A stretch of DNA of 58,809 nt, the filler included, from Sphacelaria rigidula (taxonomy: Eukaryota): NCBI GenBank assembly GCA_964200075.2. It is 8 parts of 8 records of this genome, joined end to end, with 100 filler letters (N's around TTAATTAATTAA, not from the genome) between each part and the next. Parts side by side here need not be neighbours in the genome. Positions count along the whole stretch, not along the records: positions 7,365 to 14,628 come from CAXNAA020015712.1; positions 14,729 to 21,992 come from CAXNAA020015713.1; positions 22,093 to 29,356 come from CAXNAA020015714.1; 5 more parts are not named here. One strand, given 5' to 3'. This document shows, piece after piece, positions 12,188-23,359 of the stretch (the stretch's first letter is position 1; each line of letters opens with the position of its first letter). The notes below the pieces were generated by a model, which saw only the letters and a list, made by a program, of their open reading frames with translations, was not told where the DNA came from and ran no database searches. The position numbers and the translations under genes were made by a program.

Positions 12188-14628
12188 CGTGTGGGCTGGG
12201 TATCTCCCACAGTGAGACGCATTGCCGACACTGAATCCTTGATCCCCTCAATCAAAGCCATCACCTGTTGCATATTGTGGGAAGTAGACAAAGGTAAGCG
12301 TGGCAGGTCCGCCAATAAATCAAGCTTCAACTTCGCATACCCCTGGACAATGTGCGCCGTCCGCAGCGATGGGAACGCATCAGACGAACCACCCGACGCG
12401 GGGGCCGCGAAACTCCCTCGCTCCCCGACACCCGTTCCAACACCAATCCCTCCGAGATCCACCATAACCTCCAAAGGGGTACACGCCCCTCCCCTCTCAT
12501 GCCCCGTTGTACACGACCCCCCCATCTCCACGCACCTTTTGACCTGGCGCCCCGCCTGCCCGTCCGGTGGAAAACCCGCTGCTGCTCCCGCATCCTCGGC
12601 CTCCAGCTGAGCCGACACCCCTTCGTCACCCGCGTAGAGAGCTCTCTCTGTCTACGCTCCCACACGTCTAGAGCGACGTTACCCGGGCACGGCCCCTTAA
12701 TTGCGCGATACCCGCGCAGGAAAGCCCCCAACGCCGTCCCGCGCGGGCACCTTGCGCGGCAGTATGCGACGTCGTCCTCCGACAGTCGCGCCAATTCCAC
12801 CCTCTCCCCATTGCCGGGGTCTGCCGTCCCCCGCTGCATCGGGGCCCGCACGTCCGCCGGGACGGCGAAGCGAGCCGCGACCGGTCGGGTGGCCGGCTGC
12901 TGCTTCCCCGCACCCGCTGACGGCGGCGGCCCCGGCAACACGGCCGGTACCGCCGCGCGGGACTCAGCCATCCGCCCACCCGACTCTCCAGATGCTCCCC
13001 CACCAGGATGCCCCGCTGCTACCGGAGCAGACGGAACCGCGCCCACCACTGCCGTGGCGTGGGCACCCTGAACCGGAGGCGCTGACCCGGGCGGGACCGG
13101 CGGGGAAGCGCCGGGAGCCGCCACCTGGACCGCCAGCGACTCCGCTGAAGCATGAGCGGGACTCTCCATCCCACCAGCTGGCCCCCGGGGAGGGCTCGAC
13201 TCCCTGGAGGCCGTGAGGCCGCCTGCGGCTCCGCGGCGCGCTGGGCTGCCAACCGCGGGCCCAATGAGAGGTACTGGGAGCCAGACTTGTACACCAACCC
13301 CGCTATCACTTCCTCCCGCCGGCCCCGGCAGGCCATCAACTCGACTTCCTCCCTGTCCAACGAAGCGCGAGATCGCGCCCGAGCGTCAGCAGACCGAGCA
13401 CGCGCCGCCCTCGCCTCTTCCCACGCGCGTTCAGCGGCCGCGAGACCCGCCGCCGCAGCCTGGTCGGTGGCGGCCGCCACGCTGTCATTGTGCGCCGCGG
13501 CGTCCGGGCGTTCCCTTGCCGACGCCGTAGCGTCCATCGTGGTTGATGCGCCCGAAAGAACCGCCTGGTCCACGGTGCAACAACCATTCGCAGGCGAGTC
13601 AGCCAAGGCATCAAAACGACCCCCACACACCACCGGGGGAAGGACTGAACCCTTACCCCGAGACACGTCCGCGTAAGTACGCGAGCTGGGCACGCGCCTC
13701 CAAACCCTACCCTGCTCTGAGAGCGGCACCGGGGGCGGCGCAGACATACTATCCGTTTCCCCCCCCGCACCCGACACTGTCCGAGCGAGAGAACGGTCCC
13801 GTCCCACGACAATTTCCGCCGCGCGAGCCATCCGCTCCTCGTCCGCCTGCAACAGACGGGCCAACAATTCGTCCGGTACCGCAGTGGGAGACCACGCCCC
13901 ATCCCTTTCAAGGAAAAGATCCCCCCCCCCGGCCCCGCAACCGTGGAAACAGACATTCTCCCCCCGCGGGGGCGAGGACACCTCCTACCCCGAAACGCGC
14001 GGGAGCGGCGACAGCACTCTACCCTCTACCAAAACTCGTTCTTCGCGAGATAACCGAGACAAAAGCGCACGAACCTCGTACACCAAATCACCCCTCACCT
14101 CAGTCGCCTGTGGCGAAGCCGGCGGTGGCGGGGAGGGTGTGCACCGTGCGTCGTCTCCCATGACGCGGCGTCCCCGAGCCGACGGGCCCTTACCAGCCGA
14201 GCTCGCCGCAGCCGCGGCAGTTTTCCCCCCGTCCACAACGGCCACCTGCTGCAAAGAGTCTGTTGCAGCCAGAGCGCGCGGAACACGGCGAGGCACCACC
14301 GACACACAAAGAGGGGTGAGACCACTACCACCCAGGCCCACCACATGCGATACACTCGAGATCCGCGGCAGCGCGTCACCAACGACCTCCTCATTACACA
14401 ACCCGCGCGATACCGAGGGGCCCCGCGAGCGACCAACCGGCGGCGATTCCGCCGCGTCGCCGCCAGAGCACACAGAACTGGCAGCACTACCAGCCGCCTC
14501 GATATGAGCCTCAATTTGGGCTAACAAAGGAGTCATCCTACAATAGGGGGGGGGGATTTTGGGCCATTTCTTGCACGAAATTCCGAGTCAAATCGTCGTT
14601 AAAGGCAGCCACGGTTGCTCGAACAAGC

Positions 14629-14728
14629 NNNNNNNNNNNNNNNNNNNNNNNNNNNNNNNNNNNNNNNNNNNNTTAATTAATTAANNNNNNNNNNNNNNNN
14701 NNNNNNNNNNNNNNNNNNNNNNNNNNNN
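14629..14728. other. Artificial contig spacer
   Basis: 44N-TTAATTAATTAA-44N. Confidence 0.98.
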
Positions 14729-15440
14729 GGGGTTGTGGGGCGCTAGGGCGGTGGGGGCGGTTGGCCGGGTGGTGGGCGGGGGGGGGGAGAGGGGGTGGGG
14801 ATTGCGGACCGTTTTATTCCGCGAGATTCCTCTTCAATCGCCGTTGAAAGCAGCCAACACTTGTTCGGACGCGCTTGCTCCCGATACAAAACGGCCATCC
14901 ATACTGCTTCACACCGCTTTCACCCAAATACCAGCGCACCGCGAGTGCTTCAGGTCGTTTGACGTATCTACGAGCACATTTTGTCGTGGAATCGAACACC
15001 CCACCCCCCCCCCGTGCGCGCGCCCGTCCCCTATCGGAGCATGGCTCGCTTAAGGATGCAGCCTCAGAGACCGTTTGGACTGGAAAGTGCACCCCTACGG
15101 TAGAATCTCTCACCTATCATATCCGGCAGTGACGTATTGATTTGTCCCCGGAATCACCCCAAGCGCGAGCACGCTCCCGTAGTGTCCTCTCGCCAGGCAC
15201 GATACCCTCGCGCGCTGGCCCGTGCCCAAGTCGTCACAATAGTGATGCTCGCCCGAAGGTTGACTTGTGTCTCGACCCGCAGTGCCTCGTGGCGATACTG
15301 CCTCCATCCTTCGGTCGGGTGAATCATCCCTGATACGCGCGTGGGAATAACAGTGGTTGAAAAAACAAAGATTTGATGTGCAGATGCGTGTTTTCAGTTT
15401 CATGTGTGCCGATAAAGGTATAAATTCTCACCCGTCCTCC

Positions 15441-15610
15441 ATGGTCAATGGTGAAACGACTAAGGCAAACAACGAATGAGTTGGCCCCTTTCCCCCCCCC
15501 CCCGGCGCCACCCCTAAAAGGAACGATGCTCTGTCTCGAAAGGGATGCGTGTGATCAAAGTTCAAACGATTGAGGCAAGCAACAAGGAGTGAGTACGCCT
15601 CCACCCTCCC
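15441..15610 (+). repeat. Two adjacent mini-repeat copies (subfamily A) separated by a C-run
   Basis: ggtcaatggtgaaacgactaaggcaaacaacgaatgagt followed by Cs, then gtctcgaaagggatgcgtg...gaggcaagcaacaaggagtgagtacgcctcc. Confidence 0.8.
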
Positions 15611-16169
15611 TCTCTCCCTCCCTCCTTCGAGACGAGTCCGTGGTCTCAAGGAATCGACCCCATCTTTACCCCGGTACATGCCTGACATTTCGGTGTCGCG
15701 GATTGGACCAACACTACCGCAGCTCGTCTATTTGCACTACCGCAGCTCGTCTACTCTCGTGAAAAAAACAAAAAAAGCTGTCGCCTATACTCACCTCCTC
15801 TCTGTTTTGTTTTCTCTTCTGAAGCGGGAATTTAATTTCTCTCAGAAGAAAACAAATAAATAAGAAGCCCGAGTGCAGTTGTTGAGACCCTCAATTCAGC
15901 ATTCTTCCGACCTGATGGACTTCAGTTGCTTCATAAAGGTAGATAGATCACCGGGGGGCGTGGCCCCTCGTTCTGTTGTTTTGTAGCAGGTTCGGTGTTT
16001 CAGTAAAAAAAATCCTTATCGCATTGACGTGTCGATGAAGAGACACGCAGCCGCTGGCGGAGGCTACACGCACGGTGTCGTGGATTTGGCTCTGCGAAGT
16101 CACACCCTGGAGGCAACGGTGACATGTTGTTCTACCTTGACACCGTCGGAGTTACCACACGGTTCTCAC

Positions 16170-18644
16170 CGATCGTCTGGAGGGTACTCCACCAACAACA
16201 CTATGTTCGTGCTGACGCCAGCCAGCAGCCTCTTGCCGTCCCAAGACCACACCAAGCTCTTGCAGTGGGTACCCACGGGAAGCGACAGACACGACGACGA
16301 AGCATCCGCCCGTTCTTCCTCGCCCACCCCTCTTCCCGATGCTGCATCCGCGGCGGCTGAAAACCCCGACAGCGAAAATTCATCCCGATCTTCCCGAGCT
16401 AGAGTAGTACGGTAGTCGTACTCAAAGGCGTCCGGACCACCCACTCGCCCGTCGCCCACTGGAGGATTGTGTCCCACCCTTCGCAACCTGATTTATTCGA
16501 TGGAAAATGTTTTTTGTGTCTACTTCCGGGGGAACCGCTGGTGCGGAATGAATCATATTGCACGGAGGCTGTAGCTATGTCGGCTGGAGTGGCAAGTAAG
16601 CGTGCGATGGTTGAAACCGTTGGCGGGAAAAGGTGAGCACTCGATATAATCGGTTTGGTGGTTCGTACTCGAACGCGGCTGGGGCTCCCACTCACCCGCC
16701 CCCGCTCCCTCCCCCCAATGCTCTCGGACAAATTCCGTGATATTTGTCCGCTTTTTTTGGTATTTGGTTTTTTGGGGGGGACGTTTTATTGGTGAGTTAT
16801 CGCGTCTCGTGTTGTTGAGGGATAATGGTGGCGATATTTCCGTCGGATTGTTGGGGTGGAACCCTGTCGTGGTGGGATGCACGTGGTGAAAACTGTAACG
16901 ATGGTACTCTCAAACATCAGTTCGGGTCAGTGGGAATGGTGTATCAGTGGTACCCGCGTAGGCTCGGGCCGGATACGTGTACTGCACATACTAGGAGGTC
17001 GCTTAATGCCCCCTGTCGCCAAACGCAACACAGATATGGTGGGGAAATATTGTGGACATTGTACTTCCTGCATGGACACACACACAAAAAAAGTTCCAGT
17101 GTTGACCTTCCTCCTGTGTGACCCCGGCTGGTGCGCCCACATGTACCGAAAGGTGTAGACCGACGTCCAGAATTAATAGGATGCCAACAGAGAGGTGAGC
17201 GGATCAGGCGGACTTCGTCCCGATAGTGGATTCCCAAGATATCTAGGCCACCTGTTCGGCACCACCCGTAGGGCGGTCGGTCTCCTGCTCGCCTCAGTCT
17301 AATGAGCAACACTTTGGTTGACTGTTGAGGGCTCTACGTGGGCATGCTCGCTTGATGGAATCATACAGGCGCGGTTTTCATGTGCGGGCATTGGCGTCAT
17401 ATTTATCTCGGTACTAGAATTGAGTCTCAGCTTCATCAAGGGCCTCAACCTCACCAGTACGTTCACCTACCTGGTGACGCATTCTTGACAGCTGCCTGCG
17501 AGAGCATCAGCAGTGACAAAACAACATACAGTAACGCCAGCAGCACTATCACAATCCATTACAATTAAATTCAGCAATTCTCTCAAGGCTGCTATTTCGT
17601 CATACTCTTTGATCCCCCCCTGTACTCCTCGACATGAGCCCGTCACCGAGAGGTACCAACCCTTCCCCCCCCCACCCCGAGGAGTAGGAACGGTGCTCCG
17701 TCTCGAAAGGGGTGCGTGGTCAATGGTCAAACGACTAAGACAAGCAAGAAATGAGTACGCCCTTCCCCCCTCGCGTCTCGAAAGGGATGCGTGGTCAATG
17801 GTCAAACGACTAAGGCAAGCAACAAATGAGTACGCCCCCCCTTAACAAGACTGGAATTTGGGTACAGCACTACCAACGCTTTCGTGAGGTTGAGAGTGGA
17901 GCGCTGGTTGAGAGTGGCTTTACTCATTCACTATAACATAGCCAATCTTTTATTCCGCGTGTGACTTTTTTAACACTGGCCTATGCTTACAGCTACATGT
18001 CGATATCCTACTCGGGTATATGAAGGGCCTCAGTGTCAAGCTACTGCAAAAAGCATATCGGGCCTCGTGGAGGGGGCACTTTTCGGATCTGAGACGATTC
18101 ATTCAGCAATTTCCCGATCTTCACTCTCGATTGTATGTTCTGTTCTAGATCCCACGAAAACATTGTTCATTGCGGATTGGATCAGCACTCCCGCAACACG
18201 TCCACCTCCGCTAGAAAATATCACAAAAGAAAAAAGTGGAAAACAAAAATCCACTGACCTCGGCTTTCTGGTATTCTTGAAGCGCTCCAGAAGTACTGCT
18301 TCCTTCCGATCCCGGTTGGCGTTTACAGTGCCGATGAGAGATGTGTTCGTGTTCGGGGAGAGGGGGTGCCGAGGAGACATTGCCGTCATGAACACCGACG
18401 TCGCACTTCCTCCGTCGGCTGTACCGTTGGTGGCGGGTGTCGGAGCCGCGGGAATAAAGAAGGCCTGCCATTGCACTATCTCCCCGTGTACGCCTGCCGA
18501 TACAACTTTACCACTGGGAGGTTGGAGGGGTCGGGGTGCGCGCAAACGGGTCAGAGCGACGGGGTGGGGCGGGGGAGATACTGCGCCGAGATTGGAATGG
18601 CTTTTGGTGTGACGACGACGACGACAACAACAACAACAACAACA

Positions 18645-18687
<43 letters not shown>

Positions 18688-20299
18688 TAACGATAACGAC
18701 AGCTCTGTGGGGTAGGCCTGCACAGAATGAGAGTATGCACAGTAAGCACCAGGCAACAGTACTCGGAGCGAACTCAGCGGTGTCACAGTGTCGGTGGGCG
18801 AAAGTACACTTTGTGCTGGGGGGAATGTTTCCTGGATGCCGGACCATAACCACGTATCCTCGACTGGACAAACGTACGCTTTGGGTGCAACGGGGTATTC
18901 GTATTCACCGTGCCTTCGGGGTAATAGGCCCACGACAACGCCTCTCTTCGGCGAGGGACGGAGATGCTCGGGGAGTACAGCTTGGGTTGTCAAACCCGGG
19001 CATAGTGAGCGCTCACTGGTCGAGTGGCCATATGTCTGCTTCATGAGCTGAAGACATGAGGCTCGATTCCCGACATGCTTGGAGACATGCTATGGGAGGT
19101 GTTGCACACTTGGACTCAACTGTTTCTCATTCACAGGGGCTCCTGACGTTAGGAGCTACACAAGAAAATGGATCACGGCATTCCCGTTTCTAGATTCACT
19201 CTGGACATCCCTTTGACTATTAAAATGTTACATGCTAATCGTGGCGTGCTCCCATATATTTCTTGCGTCGTTTTTGGGATGATAATAGGGGAGGGCTGAC
19301 ATTCGAACCTCAGAAAAGATTTGTGCGCCCCTACCATAGCTAGGCTTTTGCTTTTTCTGCGCTTTTTTCCGAAACACTTTTGCGTCTCGTTCAAAAGGGG
19401 TCATTTTGAAGCGGAAAGCTTGTCGAGGCGCTATAACTACTTGATTTTAGTGTGGAAGACCGCAAAAACAAAAACCTATAATTTATGCGAATCATATGCG
19501 CGCATAAAAAGTAAAAGTCTAACCGTAGCACCACTCAGTGAGTGGAAGAAGTTCGGACCTTCAACGGATATATTTGCGAGGGTCTTGGGGCTCCGGAGAT
19601 CTCTGATGCGTCATGCCGACACTGATCACGCACCGTGGCTTTTAATCGTGGAGCGGGCGGACTTTTGGCTTCCGAACCAGTTCAGTAATATAATATGTGC
19701 TTTATGAACACGCGACAGGCAGGCATCGCTACAAAACAAAGTATTTGTTAACAGAGGAGATGTAGAAGAGCTGAGTTTGGCGGGAATTGGTTCCGTGTCC
19801 AACATTCCTTCTAGCACTCTAACGGATGAGAGATGGGTTGATCCCTTGAGGCCGGATGTTATGGCAAACAGATTTTTGGCCCACATATTGTTCACTTTTG
19901 GGACGTTTGACCCACCTTTTGACCCCCAAACCAAGAAAACCGCCAACGCACGTCTCGGACATTTTGCGGCAAACTGGCGGGGGTCGGCAAGCACAGATTT
20001 TTGCGCACGGATCTTTCTTCAGCGGTCAATCTAGAAACCTCGGAGCCAAGCGAATCTGGAAAGCAGACTAGGCTCCTCTCTGTCGGGTGATGCAAAGTGT
20101 CCGAGACGTGTATTGGCGATTTTCTTGGCTTGGGGACCAAAAGGTTAGTCAAACGTCCCAAAAGTGAACAATCTGCGGGCCAAAGACCTGTGTGCCATAA
20201 TATCCGGCCTGAGACCACGAACTAATGCCGAGGAAGGGGAGGGGTTCAAAGTGCGACAAATGATAATAATAATAACAATATTATAATTAATTAATTTTA

Positions 20300-20373
<74 letters not shown>

Positions 20374-21438
20374 CATTATTTTTATTGTTATTATTATTAT
20401 TATTATCATTATTATCATTATTATTATTATTATCATTATTGTTATTGTTATTGTTATTATTCATTAATAATAAGGATAATAATAATAATAATATCAAGAG
20501 TTAATAATGCCGAAAAGCACGAACTGCGTTTTTTTTGACGATCGTGTTTTCTTTCGTGTTTTTTCTCACATGAATGCTGCCTTTGATTTGATCCTCAATC
20601 ACTAGGTTTTTATATGGGCGATTTTCGAGGCAATGCCTCCATACGAATTGGACCTTTACCTCACGCGGTTAAACGACAAAGCGGAGACCGCCCCGGTGTG
20701 GCCGCTGAGCGGACCTCCGTACTGAAGCTCCGACCGTTGACGCTTCAAGTCCTCGACCACCGCCGGGTGCAGAGATCTGCAACGGGCAGCACGCAAAATG
20801 AAACGACTGTGCCCAAGAACATGTGGCGGAAACGAGAGTGAGGATTAAGTTTTTCCAGGTATGGAACGAGTCGAGCGAGACGCATATGTTTACGTAGGAA
20901 AACACACGGGAACAGCACAGCGTAGTATAGTGTGTGCTCTGATTCACAGAATTTTCCTCGTAGGACGGTTTAACAACAATCTTCACCTCCTCGGAACACT
21001 TCCGAAGGCATACGATCCGCGTTCAAGCCCATGAGTTCGTGTCTGGTGTACTCGTACATCCGGTCCGAGTGACAGTGATGATTCAGGACCGCCAATTTAT
21101 GACAACGCGCTATTATTACGGATACACGGTTCGGATCGAGCCAAGCAGTGTCCTTTCTCTCGAAGTGACGCTGTCGCTCTCCTGCTCCGATCACACTGCT
21201 GTATCATCCCGTAGCACCGTCTTTCTAGAAGAAAGGATTTCATGTTCCAAGCGATACCGGGGATATCAGAGCACTACCCCCGCGTGAACTGTTTCGGTGG
21301 GTAGCTCCGTGGAAAATGACTGCAAGTCCACATGTATGTGCGTATCTACGGCATGGAGTGTTCAGAGATTACTCACTGCACAGCCATCTTCCTCTTGACG
21401 GCGATGAGCTTTTCCTTCGCCTTCGTCGACAGCATCAC
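16170..21438 (-). CDS. WD40-repeat protein fragment. Exons 20776-20660, 18513-18259, 16487-16170; tentative upstream exon 21438-21377
   Basis: GT-AG exons all join in phase 2. The splice rebuilds a textbook WD40 repeat, LSGHTGAVSALSFNRVS/GKVVSAGVHGEIVQWQ, and a second repeat-like segment, CKSLVWSWDGKRLLAGVSTNIVLLVEY. Confidence 0.75.
17680..17842 (+). repeat. Tandem pair of mini-repeat copies (subfamily A), each ending ATGAGTACG plus a C-run
   Basis: gtctcgaaaggg(g/a)tgcgtggtcaatggtcaaacgactaa(ga/gg)caagcaa(g/c)aaatgagtacgccc occurs twice. Confidence 0.9.
18611..18699. repeat. Compound (GAC)n/(CAA)n microsatellite
   Basis: Seen directly. Confidence 0.9.
18995..19075 (+). mobile_element. tRNA-derived SINE head (Pol III A and B boxes)
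   Basis: A-box-like TGGTCGAGTGG (19017-19027) and B-box-like GGCTCGATTCCC (19060-19071) at tRNA-like spacing, with no pairing acceptor stem. Confidence 0.5.
19850..20209. mobile_element. PIF/Harbinger (Tourist-like) MITE, 360 bp, TGA target duplication
   Basis: Termini GGCCGGATGTTATGGCA...TGCCATAATATCCGGCC with imperfect inverted arms of ~125 bp. TGA at 19847-19849 and 20210-20212. A homologous empty site lies at 24241-24270. Confidence 0.85.
20261..20495. repeat. (AAT)n/(ATT)n microsatellite, starting at a SINE 3' end
   Basis: Seen directly; it follows ggggttcaaagtgcgacaaa. Confidence 0.9.
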
Positions 21439-21861
21439 CTTGTTTGCCGCCTGAATATATCGCGCGTTAAAAGGGAGACATGGTTCACGGTTTCAGCTCG
21501 GATTCGTTTTACCGGCATGAACACACGCACATGGAAATTAGCACCGACAAACTTCACGGTATGAGAGAATCTCCGATTTAAGGCTAGCCTGATACGAACG
21601 CCGCCACACGAATAGCCATGTAGAGTTACAATAGTCTGTGTATCTTGTGGCGCCTCTAGCGGGTGCCGCATGGTGCACATGCCGTCATCCTTGAGCTCTA
21701 TCTCTCTGCAATCGAGATGTGTCGAAAATGGTGAACCTATTCGAGACGGAGAACCAGGCCGAGGGCTGCAGTAGTGATACTAGCAGGATTAGTAGGATTA
21801 GTAGTATTAATGTTAGTAGTTCTATTCGTACTAGTATTCGTAATATTCGTGGTATTGGTAT

Positions 21862-21945
21862 AATAGTAGTATTCGTAGTAGTATTTGTAGTAGTATTTGT
21901 AGTAGTAATAGTAGCAGTAGCAGTAGCAGTAGCAGTAGCAGTAGC

Positions 21946-21992
<47 letters not shown>
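21862..21992. repeat. (AGT/AGC)n microsatellite at contig end
   Basis: Seen directly. Confidence 0.9.
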
Positions 21993-22092
21993 NNNNNNNN
22001 NNNNNNNNNNNNNNNNNNNNNNNNNNNNNNNNNNNNTTAATTAATTAANNNNNNNNNNNNNNNNNNNNNNNNNNNNNNNNNNNNNNNNNNNN
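21993..22092. other. Artificial contig spacer
   Basis: 44N-TTAATTAATTAA-44N. Confidence 0.98.
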
Positions 22093-22150
22093 GGGCCGGT
22101 GAGTGGCCTGCAAAATACTGTTCCGAATTTCTACCGACCCGGTTTTTGAT

Positions 22151-22429
22151 AGGCCCATGCTCTTTTATACATTTGGAGTTGGGCCCTGAAATTTGGTATG
22201 GACAGTGCATGGGGCATAAGAAAAAAAATTACTGAAGTACCAAAATAGGTTTTTTTGTTTTCTTGAGTTGAGGGCAATAATCGGTTTTCAGGTATCACCA
22301 AAATGCCCTCAACTCATGAAAAAAACAAAAAACTCTTTTGGTACTTCAGTAATTTTTTTTCTTATGCCCTATGCACTGTCCATACCAAATTCAGGGCCCA
22401 ACTCTAAATGTATAAAAGAGCATGGGCCT
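22151..22429. mobile_element. Foldback MITE-like element with ~125-bp inverted arms
   Basis: aggcccatgctcttttatacattt...gagttgagggca versus tgccctcaactc...aaatgtataaaagagcatgggcct. No clear TSD. Confidence 0.75.
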
Positions 22430-23359
22430 GCAAACTTCAAATCCGCCTCTAGGCTGGCCCAGCTCGTACCCATATTATGTGTACTGGTACATCGCAAATT
22501 TCAAAGCACAAATCTCAAAACTGAGGTTAGATGTATCATATATCCGGTATCAAATCCAGGGCCGTTTCCGGCTCAGCGAGTGTACCGTGCATCAATCAGA
22601 GTCAGAAAAGCACGAGATACAGTTTCTCCGCAGCGCTGAGCACAAGAGATGCGGCGTCAAAGATACCCTGTTTTTGAAAAGAAATTGCAAGCCGCCGCAA
22701 GTGCTTATCAGCAAACCGATGGCCTACAGCAATGTATGAGTACCCAGCGCGTATTTGAGCCGCAACCGGTGCGGCACGAATCAAGATGGATGGAGAAACG
22801 GTCCAAGTGTGTTGAGTATCAGATCAACGCGATAAGGACGAGCTGCATTTGGGGCTGCGTGGATTTCCGACCCACCAGTGCGCCGATGCCGACCAAAATG
22901 GCTGCCAGAGTGATTGCATAAGAAAGCAGACTCATCGTCAAGTTTTCGGCTCACTGAGAATCCCTCCGTCCTCCCTGTGCGAGTGGGTCGTGCGCTACCG
23001 TGCAGAGTGCGGAGGAAAGACCGTTACAACGAATCGCGGGTCTGACTGGTATATTCGCCCGGTGCGATGGCGGGTATCGGGATTCAACGATTTGCCACTG
23101 CCTGTTGTGGCAATGATTGCAACCTTATAGAGAAAGTTCTACACTACATTTCCTATGCGTTCTTAGCTCGTGTACTATGATTGGCATTTGATTTCGGTGA
23201 CTAGAAAATATCGTACGTTCGACTGCGGGTTTGATTCGTGTACAAGAAAATGTGACACACAAGAAACAACACAACCTACGTGCAGAACAGCAGCATCCCA
23301 GCAGGGGCCCAGCAGCCAGCGACAGGCGTGGGCAGTACATCAGAGGAAGGAACCAAGTC

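Larger units (their letters stand above)
7365..14536 (-). mobile_element. Decayed Ty3/Gypsy LTR retrotransposon internal region (gag-like, protease, RT, RNase H). Integrase and LTRs are not in this contig
   Basis: Order on the minus strand: zinc knuckle CLNCGSEEHTLARDC, protease-like ALLDGG...FDLLLGRDGL, RT, then Ty3-type RNase H. There are several frameshifts and in-frame stops. Confidence 0.9.

Noticed and set aside
12300-14510. Many long plus-strand and overlapping ORFs
   Set aside because: They are GC-rich antisense shadows of the retrotransposon ORF1 region, with no recognisable domains.
14545-14880. Similar sequence on both sides of the second spacer, suggesting contig overlap or an LTR
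   Set aside because: The two copies are clearly diverged and each follows a G-run. They are more likely members of a dispersed repeat at which assemblies break.
17471-17495. 25-nt micro-exon of the WD40 gene (also a 7-nt candidate near 15795-15801)
   Set aside because: Its length is incompatible with the phase 2-2 join of the flanking exons, which splice directly. There is no support without RNA data.
18995-19075. Functional tRNA gene (also 23941-24080)
   Set aside because: A/B boxes are present, but no acceptor stem or convincing cloverleaf can be formed. A SINE head is a better explanation.
20297-20497. Poly-Asn, poly-Thr/Val and similar ORFs (also 18551-18871, 21719-22048)
   Set aside because: They are translations of trinucleotide microsatellites in introns.
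20986-21207. Additional WD40-gene exon
   Set aside because: The only phase-compatible frame contains an internal TAA, so I cannot support it.
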